From NCBI GenBank assembly GCA_964632315.1, contig CAZWEM010000039.1:1-46337 (forward strand): a DNA stretch of 46,337 bases. The letters are read 5' to 3'. Shown here in pieces: positions 18,961 to 29,074 of the stretch (position 1 is its first letter; the number at the start of each line of letters is the position of its first letter). The position numbers were made by a program, and so were the translations under genes. This stretch comes from an uncultured archaeon (GTDB lineage Archaea; Asgardarchaeota; Lokiarchaeia; Sigyniarchaeales; SOKP01). Under the pieces are notes generated by a model. It ran no database searches. It saw nothing but the letters and a program-made list of their open reading frames with translations, and was not told where the DNA came from.

Positions 18961-19185
18961 TTAAGCTTTCTCGATATAAAAGAATATTTTATCATTTTCC
19001 TCTTTTGTCTCCAATAGTTTATCTCCAGTTTTACTTAATAAGGACGGGATATCTTTTAGTGCACCAACATCATCAGCTACAACCTCTAATTTATCACCAG
19101 AGTTCATTTTTCTTAATTCTTTTTTAGTTAGTAATACTGGCATGGGACACTTTTTCCCTATTGCATCAAGGGTTAATTCGGCTAT
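18961..19185 (-). CDS. tusA: TusA-family sulfur carrier with an apparent ATA start
   Basis: Frame extends upstream of the ORF call as (ATA)AELTLDAIGKKCPMP, 74 aa like the paralog at 11791-12015; GAGGTGA RBS 7 nt upstream. Confidence 0.85.
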   Translation of the reverse strand: MAELTLDAIGKKCPMPVLLTKKELRKMNSGDKLEVVADDVGALKDIPSLLSKTGDKLLETKEENDKIFFYIEKA

Positions 19186-19440
19186 TAGTTTTTCACCTCT
19201 TTATTGATTTCAATTTCACCCTAGATTATTTCAATAGGACATAAATATGTTCTTGTAATAATTTAGAAATAAATTACTGATTTTACTTACTTGCATGAGG
19301 CAATTTCGGATACATCGCTGAAAAAAACTAAAGGTTAAATACATTTAGATCATGGACTCTTTTAATAACATTTAAGGGTTATTAAAAATGAAATTTAAAC
19401 CTAAGCCTTATATAGACCTAATCTCTTTACTTGTATCTCT

Positions 19441-20241
19441 AACTGGAATAATTCAATAATAGGTAACTACTGGGACAATTACACTGGTGTTGATGCAAAC
19501 GATGATGGTATCGGAGATACTCCATACATCTTCATCAGTGGAACCGCGGGAAGTAATGACTCACTTCCTATAGTTATCAATTCACCACCAATTATTATGA
19601 TTAATTCACCTGGTTCAAATGATCTATTTGGATATGCAGCACCAAATTACGATATCTCCATAACTGATCCCTATTTATTTGAGATGTGGTAAACTCTTGA
19701 TGGTGGTTTGCATAACTACACGGTTACTGAATTTATAGGAATGATCGATCAATCTGCGTGGGATCTCTTAAATAATGGCCTGCATACAGTAAGATTTTAT
19801 GCTTCGGATAAAGCAGGAAATATTGGTTATAACGAGGTTCAAATAGAGAAAGATGTAACTCCTCCATCTATTAATATCGTTTCACCGACTCTTGATGCTA
19901 AATTCAGTTCTGCTCCAAACTTCGTGGTTGAGATTTCTGATGCAAAAGGCATCTTTTCGATGTGGCATTCGCTTGATGGAGGGGTGACAAATTACACATT
20001 TACTTCCAATGGTACAATTGACTCAGCAGCGTGGGCTGCTCTCTCTGACGGATCGGTCAATATTACTTTCTATGCGAATGATATATTAGGGAATTTAGCA
20101 TCGCAGAGTGTAACGATAATCAAGAGCGTTCCGAGTGGATTAGATCCTGTTCTGCTTACAGTAATTATTGGTTCGATTGCTGGAGGGGTCCTTATTATCG
20201 CCGGAATTTATAACTTCATGAGAAAGCGGTCAAGAACCTGA
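19441..20241 (+). pseudogene. Remnant of a large cell-surface protein (NosD/CASH tail, Ig-like repeats, C-terminal TM)
   Basis: In frame from 19441: NWNNSIIGNYWDNYTGVDANDDGIGDTPY...EMW*TLDGG, with TAA at 19690-19692 where the next repeat reads MWHSLDGG. No signal peptide or 5' part. Confidence 0.8.
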
Positions 20242-20299
20242 TAACTTATTTTTAACTATATTTTTTCCATGTTCTTTTGCCAAATCTTACAATAATAAT

Positions 20300-21541
20300 T
20301 TACCTTTTTAACCATTTCAAAAAAGCAGAATATGTTTTGTTAGGTTTATCTTGGTTTTGATATATAAAATCGTGATATGAATAAAAAAATTGTACAAATA
20401 GCTTTAATCCAGAGGGTGCAACATGATCAAAGTTATCTACCATTTTCATCTTTGTTATTGCTGCTGTAAAGAAGTTAAGATCCGATTTCATTAGTTGTAA
20501 TGCTTCATTTTCATTAATTTGTTCGAAATCTATGTTTTTTATTCCGTTAAATTTTTGTACTTTTTTCTTTTGAGATGATTTAAGATTTACAATTGAAATG
20601 CCTGAAATTACGAGTAATAATGCGATAGGATAAATCAGGAAATCAAACTTTTCTTGTAGAAATATCGTTGAAAAAAGAACGCCGAATAACGGTACCAATG
20701 TTTGAAAAATCGCAGCTCTACTGGCGTTTAAACGCTTAACTCCTTCTAAGTAAAAGGTGTAGGCAATAATGGAAGAAATAAAAGTTAAATATGCAATACC
20801 CCACCAAACTCGGATTGGTATGAACAAATATTCGATTGGGTTAATATATTGAGGGCTAATGATTAATGCTACTGGGGCTGTAGTTAATAAACCAAAGAAA
20901 GATACCCATGTGATTATCCAAAGCGAGCTTGGCTGGTTCTCCTCGGAACTCTCTTGAGTTTTATTCATAAAATGACGAGAAAGTACTGTATAAGAACCAT
21001 ATGCAAAAGCCCCCATTAATACTAAAACATCTCCAAGAATTCTATGAGTTAATTTGATATTTGGGGAAAAACCCACAACTATTATTACTGCTAAAAAGGC
21101 TAATATAGTTCCGAATATTTTTTTCCAAGTAAAAGGTTCTGTTTTAATGAAAATACTGGAGAGAATTACAACCCATATTGCATTCGTAGCAACCATTATA
21201 CTTGCATCGCTTGCTGCAGTAAACATTTCTCCGATGAGATACCCTGCTTGATATATGGACACCGATAATAAACCCATTACGGCAAGTACTCGCCAATTTT
21301 TCTTAGCAAAATTCCAGTTAATTGTTCTCTCTTTAAGTTTAAGTATTATGAAAAAACTTACAACAGCTAAAACATATCGAATAAATGCAATCATGAAAGG
21401 AGGGATGGTCGCGCCTCCAACTTCCTCTGATACTAACCATCGACCTAATGGCCATGTACCTCCCCAAATTACTGCAGTCAATAGGAGTAGAATGTAAGCT
21501 ATGAATTCACGCTTTTTATCTGAGTCTAAATGACTTTCCAT
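20300..21541 (-). CDS. DMT/EamA-family transporter with a ~90-aa soluble C-terminal tail
   Basis: IWGGTW, IAFIRY, two EamA repeats, about 10 TM. Confidence 0.88.
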   Translation of the reverse strand: MESHLDSDKKREFIAYILLLLTAVIWGGTWPLGRWLVSEEVGGATIPPFMIAFIRYVLAVVSFFIILKLKERTINWNFAKKNWRVLAVMGLLSVSIYQAGYLIGEMFTAASDASIMVATNAIWVVILSSIFIKTEPFTWKKIFGTILAFLAVIIVVGFSPNIKLTHRILGDVLVLMGAFAYGSYTVLSRHFMNKTQESSEENQPSSLWIITWVSFFGLLTTAPVALIISPQYINPIEYLFIPIRVWWGIAYLTFISSIIAYTFYLEGVKRLNASRAAIFQTLVPLFGVLFSTIFLQEKFDFLIYPIALLLVISGISIVNLKSSQKKKVQKFNGIKNIDFEQINENEALQLMKSDLNFFTAAITKMKMVDNFDHVAPSGLKLFVQFFYSYHDFIYQNQDKPNKTYSAFLKWLKR

Positions 21542-21599
21542 TCTTAAATTCCAAGTTAGAAATTATATTAGTTATAATAGCAAAAACAATAGATAATAT

Positions 21600-22403
21600 C
21601 TATAGTTTCTCATCTTTTTGAGATAGTTGCTTTTTTATCAATTCAATTAGTTCTTTCTCTTGATATTCAATTTCTTCATCGAGTTCGTAATTCCTATCCA
21701 AGAAGTTTTTAAAAGAGGTTGGCATTATCCAAGCTAACGCAAATCCTAATGAAAATACTATAACTAACGTAGTAGTTATTCCAAAAACGAGCAAACTCAC
21801 AATGTTATCACTTTCAGCCCAACTAGTTCCAGGAGGTTGAAAAAATTCTGGAATGCTATTAAAACCAAATATAAAGGAAAAGATCGCCACCATTTTGTAA
21901 CGCATCTTTATCCATGGGTTTACTTTCTGAGACTTTAAAACTCGATATGATGAATATGATGAAAACGCTAACCAGTTAAAAGTTAACAAGGTATAAGGCA
22001 AATCTAACCAAACCCTTATATAATAGAGTGATAAAGTCCAAGTTCCCAAAATAGAATATATAAAAAATCCTATTTGTACAATGCCTAAGATTATGACACT
22101 AATGAGTATGATATTGGGTATGAACCTCCGATTTTTATGGAATGTTAAGGTAGTAAAAATGATGACAAAGACAAAGCTTATAAAAATAGTAAATTCTTGG
22201 AATAGTTGACCCAAATTAAATACTAAATTCGATATAAATCCAATAGACAATAATCCAAACCCAAATCCAATAAGAATAATATTAGTCATCCTTTTTTTGA
22301 AACCTTTGATAAGGAAAAATATCGAGTTGATTAGTAATGTGACTATAAAGATTCCGAAGAAATTTACAAAGACAATAAACAGAATATCATTTAACATTGT
22401 CAT
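21600..22403 (-). CDS. ~7-TM membrane protein resembling a stand-alone sensor domain
   Basis: Seven hydrophobic segments, V.PWIKMRY, AWIMP, charged C-terminal helix. Confidence 0.65.
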   Translation of the reverse strand: MTMLNDILFIVFVNFFGIFIVTLLINSIFFLIKGFKKRMTNIILIGFGFGLLSIGFISNLVFNLGQLFQEFTIFISFVFVIIFTTLTFHKNRRFIPNIILISVIILGIVQIGFFIYSILGTWTLSLYYIRVWLDLPYTLLTFNWLAFSSYSSYRVLKSQKVNPWIKMRYKMVAIFSFIFGFNSIPEFFQPPGTSWAESDNIVSLLVFGITTTLVIVFSLGFALAWIMPTSFKNFLDRNYELDEEIEYQEKELIELIKKQLSQKDEKL

Positions 22404-22675
22404 AACGCCTCCATGGTTATTAATGATTGTTTAAGGGTAAGCTCGTCAAGCATTTGATTTATTGCATTATTTACATCAGGGACATTCAAATTTTTTAATC
22501 TCTTACGTAATGAATTTTCTAAAATGGATTTATATTCTTCAAAATTGATTTGTGGATGCTGTCGAAAAGGTCCAAACTCATCCTTTATCGCTAACTTAAT
22601 TAACCCCCTTGCTGCTGGTGCTGAAATCGAGATTAAACTAGCTAACTTATCTCCAAGATGAGCTATAATGGTCAA
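22400..22675 (-). CDS. Small helical hypothetical protein coupled to the 7-TM gene
   Basis: TTG start; ATGA stop/start overlap at 22400-22403. Confidence 0.65.
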   Translation of the reverse strand: MTIIAHLGDKLASLISISAPAARGLIKLAIKDEFGPFRQHPQINFEEYKSILENSLRKRLKNLNVPDVNNAINQMLDELTLKQSLITMEAL

Positions 22676-22778
22676 TTAAGGTCATGAAATAAAAATTTAT
22701 TCTTATGTATTACGTAAAAAAGATCTTTTTTTTTAATGTGAGTATTTCGATAAAAAAAAAAATGCATTAAATTTTTCA

Positions 22779-23231
22779 CTACTTAATTTTTTGATACATG
22801 CCAATTAATTGAGTCTCTTCAATAATATGATCTTGCATTTTCTTCAATAAATGCCTTTTCTTTGATTTTGAATCTAACTCAAGTTGTTCATCAAGTGCAA
22901 ATAGTTTAAAAATGTATCCATGCTTTCCAAAGGGAGGGCAGGGACCCATGTATTTATTTTTTCCCCTCATGTTTTTTCCTACGATAGCACTTTCTAATTT
23001 TCCCCCTTCTGGGATTTCAGTCGTGGTAGGATCAAGATGACATATAACCCAATGAGTCACTGTCATACCTGGAGCGTCGGGATCTTCCATAATCAACGCT
23101 AAACTTTTTGTATTCTTGGGAACATTTGAAATAGATAGGGGAGGGTTAATATTTTCACCTTGACACGTATATTTACTAGGAATATCTCCCATGTGTTCAA
23201 AAACTAGGCTTTTAAGAGACAATTCAACCAT
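22779..23231 (-). CDS. YbhB/YbcL (PEBP/RKIP-like) protein
   Basis: IPSKYTCQGENINPPL, MEDPDAP, HW, YMGPCPP, LFALD. Confidence 0.93.
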   Translation of the reverse strand: MVELSLKSLVFEHMGDIPSKYTCQGENINPPLSISNVPKNTKSLALIMEDPDAPGMTVTHWVICHLDPTTTEIPEGGKLESAIVGKNMRGKNKYMGPCPPFGKHGYIFKLFALDEQLELDSKSKKRHLLKKMQDHIIEETQLIGMYQKIK

Positions 23232-23323
23232 AAAAAATCACATTTCAATTATATTTGTTAATTTTGACTAAATATTTAAGTTAAATCTTCAATACTATTT
23301 ATTATTAATAATTTGGTGAATCC

Positions 23324-24064
23324 ATGAAGACTAATGATGATTATTATATAAAAAAAAAATCGAAAATTGTTAAGGATTTCGAAGGAGAATTAGATGTAGC
23401 GGCTGAGTTACTTGAATCGTGGTATAATCCTAAAGAAGTTGATGAAGTGGTTGATTTAATGAAAAATGAATTCGAAGAGATGATACCAAATATCCCCTAT
23501 ATAGGTGGTCAGAAAAATCCAACTACACTAATTCTTTTGAGATGTGTTTCGAACCTAGCAATTTTTCGGATCTTAGAGAAAAAAGGCTTTTCTTTTGAAG
23601 AAATAGGGGAATTTTACTACAAATTTTCTATAGGAAATCATCAGAAGCGGAAACTCCTTTTAGAAAAAGCAGGTAGAGATCCTGCTCAATATCCATTTGA
23701 AAAGTCGTATTTGGACTATCAAAAAAAATTATGTGAAGACACTCAAAAAAGAGAATATTCAGGAGATTGGGTAATGGATTTTGTAAATGGTGATGGAAAA
23801 AGTTTTGATTGGGGATGGAATATCTATGAGTGTGGAGTTCAGAAAGCTTATGAGAAATTCGGGGGCTTGAAATATTTACCCTTCATTTGCTTAGGAGATC
23901 ATTACGAAGCAGAAGCATTAGGATTTGGTTTCTCACGTACTCAAACACTTGGATTTGGTGCACCTCTATGCGATCACCGATTTATAAGAAATAGCAAGAC
24001 AAAACCAGCTTGGCCTCCTTTCAATTTACAAGAGTTTAATCCCAATCATTGGAATAACGTATAG
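23324..24064 (+). CDS. L-2-amino-thiazoline-4-carboxylate hydrolase-like protein
   Basis: IPYIGG, ECG, ICLGD, RTQTLGFGAPLCDHRF. Confidence 0.75.
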   Translation: MKTNDDYYIKKKSKIVKDFEGELDVAAELLESWYNPKEVDEVVDLMKNEFEEMIPNIPYIGGQKNPTTLILLRCVSNLAIFRILEKKGFSFEEIGEFYYKFSIGNHQKRKLLLEKAGRDPAQYPFEKSYLDYQKKLCEDTQKREYSGDWVMDFVNGDGKSFDWGWNIYECGVQKAYEKFGGLKYLPFICLGDHYEAEALGFGFSRTQTLGFGAPLCDHRFIRNSKTKPAWPPFNLQEFNPNHWNNV

Positions 24065-24133
24065 AGGAAAGCCTTTTATACTTGACATTATTAATGAAAT
24101 TACTATTTATACCCAATTTAGGTGATTTAAAAA

Positions 24134-24496
24134 ATGGCAGAGCTTGGAAATATTTTGATAGATTTAGTCTTGTATTTGGTACTGCTCATAATAATGACAA
24201 TTTTCTTAAAGATTGCATTGAGTTTCTTCAAAAAAGCTAGGAATACGAATTTTGGTAGAGTATTTTTAACTTCTTTTTTGATAACCTTAGTGATATTTCT
24301 CTTTGACTTTTTCTTACCAGGATTGTTAGGATTAATCATTGCTCTCATCATTATATGGATCATTATCAGCGCCATGCACAATACTGGATTCGGATATGCA
24401 ATATTAATTACGATTGTTGCCATCATCCTCTACATCATAGTCGCAATTATCATTGGTCTGATATTTGGAGTAGCACTATTTACTCTTACATTCTAA
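24134..24496 (+). CDS. Small 4-TM membrane protein
   Basis: Hydrophobic; AGGTGAT RBS upstream. Confidence 0.7.
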   Translation: MAELGNILIDLVLYLVLLIIMTIFLKIALSFFKKARNTNFGRVFLTSFLITLVIFLFDFFLPGLLGLIIALIIIWIIISAMHNTGFGYAILITIVAIILYIIVAIIIGLIFGVALFTLTF

Positions 24497-24585
24497 ATTT
24501 CCTTTATTTTTTTTAAAAAATGAGTTAATAAGTATTGAGGGACTTTAAATTAAGATAAAAATTAGATAAGAATAAATAAAATTAG

Positions 24586-25263
24586 TTATATATGTTTTAA
24601 GCGTGCAATTAATGGTTCCCAAAAGATTTCTTTATATTCCCCTGATTGCTTGATTTCATTAATGTTTAATGTGATAGCTTCTTGAGAACAAGCGTTAACG
24701 CAAGTACCGCATTTAATGCAATTTTTGCCATTATATGAAGGTTTTGATTTCCTTTTTGCGTTTTTATCTTGGGATTGTTCTTTGGTAAAGCATTCTGATG
24801 GACAAACGTTAACACAAGATAAACACGAGATACACTCATCCCAATCAACCTCAATGTTCCCGGTAATGTACACTTTTGCTTCAGTTTTAGGATTTTCGAG
24901 CTCAATTGTATCATATTCTAATTTGGGGACTATTTTTTTAGTTCTGATGGCAAAATCCTTTCGTTTAACATAGGTATTATTTTTTTTCAACCAAATCGCA
25001 GAAACAGGACACATGTATGCACAAGTTCCGCAAAAAGAGCAATCTCGTGGATTTGGAATTGAGGGAATGAGATCTTCTCTATTAATTCGAATTTTCCCTT
25101 CCATTTGCGAACTATAAATTACATGGTTAGGACATACTCTCGAACATATTCCACATCCAATACACTTACATTTATCAATTTCTATGGATTGTTCTTTATC
25201 ATAAAACTTTACTATCGTTTCATCAAATCGTTCATCCGGGATTCGTTTTACTCTAGGAAACAT
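24586..25263 (-). CDS. Polyferredoxin with four [4Fe-4S] motifs (FwdF/MvhB-like)
   Basis: CIGCGICSRVCP, CSFCGTCAYMCP, CISCLSCVNVCP, CIKCGTCVNAC; 4 nt after the hdrA stop. Confidence 0.9.
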   Translation of the reverse strand: MFPRVKRIPDERFDETIVKFYDKEQSIEIDKCKCIGCGICSRVCPNHVIYSSQMEGKIRINREDLIPSIPNPRDCSFCGTCAYMCPVSAIWLKKNNTYVKRKDFAIRTKKIVPKLEYDTIELENPKTEAKVYITGNIEVDWDECISCLSCVNVCPSECFTKEQSQDKNAKRKSKPSYNGKNCIKCGTCVNACSQEAITLNINEIKQSGEYKEIFWEPLIARLKHI

Positions 25264-25267
25264 TTAT

Positions 25268-27250
25268 TTAATAACCTCCATTTTCCAATTCTGAACTATT
25301 CAAGGTTGATTGTTCAATCATGGCATTTAACTGATTAGTCGCGAAATGATTCTGAACGATCGCCATGGATGGACAAGCACTAACACACGTCCCACATCCT
25401 TTACATAGTATTTTATTTATCTCGGCGATTTTCTCTGTTTCATTAAAACTAATGGCATTAAATGCACATACACTAATGCAGCTTTTACATCCGGCACACT
25501 TAAAATCAAGAACTGTTGAATAATATGGTTCAATCTCAATTTCCCCCGATGCCATTAAACCTGCTGCACATGAGGCTGCTGCTTTTGCTTGCGCTACCGT
25601 ATCAGGAATATCTTTAGGTCCTTGAACAGATCCAGCTATAAATATCCCTTCAGTTAAAGTCTCCACCGGACCTAATTTTGGATGAGCTTCCATTATGAAT
25701 CCATCTTCTGATCTCTGAACGTTAAAAATACGTGATATATGTTGCATATCCGATCTTGGCTCAAGAGCGACAGATAATACAAACATGTCTGCTTTTAATT
25801 CAATTTCTCGCTGTAATAAAGTGTCTTCTCCGCGAACTATGATATTTTGATCCTCATCTTCGAAGACTTCAGCAATTTTTCCCCTCACATACGTAATTCC
25901 ATAATCCAAACCCGCTCGATTGTAAAATTCCTCGTATCCTTTTCCGAAGGCTCTTATATCAATATAAAAGATATAAACTTTTGCTTCAGGATGTTTTTCT
26001 TTATATTGTCTCGCTTGCTTGGTTGCATACATGCAACATACTCTTGAGCAATATTTATGACCGTGCTCATTGAAATCTCTACTCCCAACACATTGTAAAA
26101 ATATAATACTCTTAGGTTCTTTCTTATCTGACGGACGTTTCACCTTGCCACTAGTTGGCCCAACTGAACTTAATAATCGTTCCATTTGAAAAGCAGTAAT
26201 TACGTTTTCATATTTACCGTATCCATATTGTTTTATCACGCTAGGATCGAAGGTTTGATAGCCAGTAGCCAAGATAATTGTTCCAACTTTGATTTTTGAA
26301 AACTTTTCTTTATCATCATACTCAATTGCGTTTACCGGACAAATTTCCTGACAGGCACCACATCTTATACAATGTTTCATATCTATGGTATACTTGTTAG
26401 GAACAGCTTGTGGAAAAGGAATATATGCTGCCTTACGACTTTTCATTCCTAGATCAAATTCATTTCCACACTCTACAAGGCATTCTTCCGCACAACTACC
26501 GCATCCCGTACAGGTTTCTTGATTAATATAATGTGGTTTGTGTCTTATAGTAACTTCAAAATTACCTACATAACCGTCAACGGATTCAACTTCTGAATAT
26601 GTATACAAATGAATGTTTTCGTTTCTTGCAACTTCTGCCGTCTTTGGGGTAAGAATGCAAGCTGAACAATCCATCGTAGGAAAGGTCTTATCTAATTTTG
26701 CCATGTTTCCTCCAATAGAAGGTTCTCTTTCTACTAAGTACACTTGGTAACCTTCTTTAGCCAATGCTAATGCAGAATTCATCCCTGCAATTCCACCACC
26801 AACTACTAAGCAAGAAGGCTCAACTGGAACTTTCGTAAGTTCTAATGGTTTTAATTCGGAAACTTTTGCAGCAGCCATCCTCACGTGATCTTTTGCTACT
26901 TCATAAGCACCTTCATGATCATTTAAATTGACCCAAGTTGCATGCTCACGGATGTTGGCTTGTTCAAATAAAAACTGATTTAATCCTGCCTCCTTACAAG
27001 TTAATCTAAAGGTATTTTCATGCATTCGAGGAGAACAAGCAGCTACAACAACTCGATTTACTAAACCATCTTCTATATCTTTTTGGATTAAGTTCTGTCC
27101 GTTTTCTGAGCACATGAACTTATAATTTCGTCCAACAACCACGTTAGGAAACTTTTCTGCTTCTTTAGACAATTTATCGACGTCAATAACACCTGCAATG
27201 TTAATTCCGCAATGACATACATATACTCCAACTTTTGGCTTATCCTTCAA
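25268..27250 (-). CDS. hdrA: Heterodisulfide reductase subunit A (cluster 2)
   Basis: VGVYVCHCGINIAG, DKTFPTMDCSACIL, QCVGSRD, YCSRVCCMY, GPKDIP. Likely TTG start at 27250 after AGGTGA. Confidence 0.97.
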   Translation of the reverse strand: MKDKPKVGVYVCHCGINIAGVIDVDKLSKEAEKFPNVVVGRNYKFMCSENGQNLIQKDIEDGLVNRVVVAACSPRMHENTFRLTCKEAGLNQFLFEQANIREHATWVNLNDHEGAYEVAKDHVRMAAAKVSELKPLELTKVPVEPSCLVVGGGIAGMNSALALAKEGYQVYLVEREPSIGGNMAKLDKTFPTMDCSACILTPKTAEVARNENIHLYTYSEVESVDGYVGNFEVTIRHKPHYINQETCTGCGSCAEECLVECGNEFDLGMKSRKAAYIPFPQAVPNKYTIDMKHCIRCGACQEICPVNAIEYDDKEKFSKIKVGTIILATGYQTFDPSVIKQYGYGKYENVITAFQMERLLSSVGPTSGKVKRPSDKKEPKSIIFLQCVGSRDFNEHGHKYCSRVCCMYATKQARQYKEKHPEAKVYIFYIDIRAFGKGYEEFYNRAGLDYGITYVRGKIAEVFEDEDQNIIVRGEDTLLQREIELKADMFVLSVALEPRSDMQHISRIFNVQRSEDGFIMEAHPKLGPVETLTEGIFIAGSVQGPKDIPDTVAQAKAAASCAAGLMASGEIEIEPYYSTVLDFKCAGCKSCISVCAFNAISFNETEKIAEINKILCKGCGTCVSACPSMAIVQNHFATNQLNAMIEQSTLNSSELENGGY

Positions 27251-28196
27251 CCGATTCACCTATTTTTTTGATAATTGGTTCAGTTGATATGAATGGTGGG
27301 ACTCCTGCAATTTCCTTGCTTTTCACTAACCCTACTTCCTCTGCAGTAAAACCTAAAGCTAAACCCAATAGCTGTGTATAATAAATTACTGGGATATTAA
27401 ATTTGTTTTCGTTTATATCTTTTGAAGAACTATTGATTTCTAACTGCCCTAAGTCGAATTGTAAGTGACAGAAGGGACAAGCCGTGATAATCGCCTCGGC
27501 TCCGACGTGTTCCATGTTCTTCAATTTTTCTTTCGTCATATCAAGTGACACATCCTTATACGCACTTCTCACACCACCTCCTGCTCCACAACACATGTTC
27601 TTGTCGCGGTAATCTAAGCTTTTCGAAAATGTAGCTTCCACCAATTCATCAAGAAATCGAGGTTCTTCCACATCGCAGTCCCATGGCCTATTTTCTGAAG
27701 GCTTTGTTAAATGGCATCCATAATGAACGGCTACATTCAGATTTAATTTCTCTTTTCGTCCATATTTTGTTCGTTGCCTGATCTTTTCAACGCCAATATC
27801 ATTATAAAGAATGTCCACTATGTGTCTAATCTCCACAGTACCCTTGAATTCTCTTCCAACTTTCGCTAATTGCGAATTTACAATCGCTCGTTTTTTAGGA
27901 TCATTTTTCAAGATGTTATTTACTTCAAGTAAACTTCCGTAGCAACCATTACACATTAAAGCGATATCAGTTCCGTTTTCCTCAGCGATGGTGATGTTTC
28001 GGGCGCCCAATAAAAGCCAAGAATCAATATCGAATCCTCGAAAAACTCCTGGAGCAGGACAACAACTCGCAGAATTCATTTCTTGTAATTCGATTCCAAG
28101 CTTATCAAAAACTTTTCTCGTGGCTCGTTCAATAAATGGATATCTGTTCGGAATTATGCAACCAAGAAACAACGAATATTTTAAATTTTGTTTCAA
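27240..28196 (-). CDS. hdrB: Heterodisulfide reductase subunit B (cluster 2)
   Basis: FLGCIIPNRYP, CCPAPG, CNGC, HYGCH, CCGAGGGVRS, CPFCHLQFD. Confidence 0.96.
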   Translation of the reverse strand: MKQNLKYSLFLGCIIPNRYPFIERATRKVFDKLGIELQEMNSASCCPAPGVFRGFDIDSWLLLGARNITIAEENGTDIALMCNGCYGSLLEVNNILKNDPKKRAIVNSQLAKVGREFKGTVEIRHIVDILYNDIGVEKIRQRTKYGRKEKLNLNVAVHYGCHLTKPSENRPWDCDVEEPRFLDELVEATFSKSLDYRDKNMCCGAGGGVRSAYKDVSLDMTKEKLKNMEHVGAEAIITACPFCHLQFDLGQLEINSSSKDINENKFNIPVIYYTQLLGLALGFTAEEVGLVKSKEIAGVPPFISTEPIIKKIGESVEG

Positions 28197-28217
28197 ACTA
28201 ATTCCTCTCCAATTTTA

Positions 28218-28841
28218 CTATAAAAATGGTAATACTTCAACTATAGCCTGTATATTGGTCATGTGTTTTGAAAGATAGTCTAATTCACTTTCATATTCGA
28301 CTTCTTTTTCTTCTTCTTGTCCAATTCCAACTAATTCATCAAAATGCGTGCTTTCTAAAAGAATTTGTATTTCTTTTACACCATTTGGGTTTGAATGAAC
28401 TGTTGGCGGTCTTGCTGGCAATTCGTGATATACTCTCAATGCTTCCCATTTTTCATTATCAATGGGTACGCCATGACCAGTTTTAAATAATTGATGACTA
28501 AGACTTACGTGGGTAGGGTGCATGTTGCCTTTTCTAACTGCTAAATTCCTCAATTGAATAATAGCATCGGTGACTGGTACCTTACGAGGGCATCGTTCAA
28601 GACAAGTATAACAAGTTGAACAAAACCAAATGTCTTTATCGTAGAGCACTTCTTCTAATCCTAATTGAACTTTTCTGATTATCGCTCGAGTAGTGAGTGC
28701 GGTTCTCCTACCAGATGGGCAACTTCCCGTACAATTTCCGCATTGTATGCAAGCTCCAATTTCTTTTAAACCAGCTTTTCTCATCTCATCAGAGAGATTA
28801 TCGGAAAAATTGGTTATTTTATCATATCGTAAATCACTCAT
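28218..28841 (-). CDS. hdrC: Heterodisulfide reductase subunit C (cluster 2)
   Basis: CIQCGNCTGSCPSGR, IWFCSTCYTCLERCPR, TGHGVPI, PPTVH. Confidence 0.95.
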   Translation of the reverse strand: MSDLRYDKITNFSDNLSDEMRKAGLKEIGACIQCGNCTGSCPSGRRTALTTRAIIRKVQLGLEEVLYDKDIWFCSTCYTCLERCPRKVPVTDAIIQLRNLAVRKGNMHPTHVSLSHQLFKTGHGVPIDNEKWEALRVYHELPARPPTVHSNPNGVKEIQILLESTHFDELVGIGQEEEKEVEYESELDYLSKHMTNIQAIVEVLPFL

Positions 28842-28950
28842 CTTTTTTTCGCTTTTTTAAGAATTCTATAGTTTTTTAAGCTATACACGATCGTATCTCT
28901 ATAAAAATTCGCTAAAAAACTATAAGATTAAATAAAAAAAAGCTAAAGAT

Positions 28951-28983
28951 GTATTTAAAATTATAGTTTTTTTTTAATAAGTC
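28951..28983 (-). promoter_or_regulatory. Putative TATA/BRE of hdr cluster 2
   Basis: Plus strand GTATTTAAAATTATAGTTTT...AATAAGT resembles GTATTTAAAGTATAGTTTT...AATAAGT at 12113-12147. Confidence 0.5.
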
Positions 28984-29074
28984 TATTTAAATGAATAACA
29001 CAAATCACATTACCTTATTTGGAGTGATTTTCTATCTATACATAGAGAATTATAATTTGAGTGCTTGATATATA

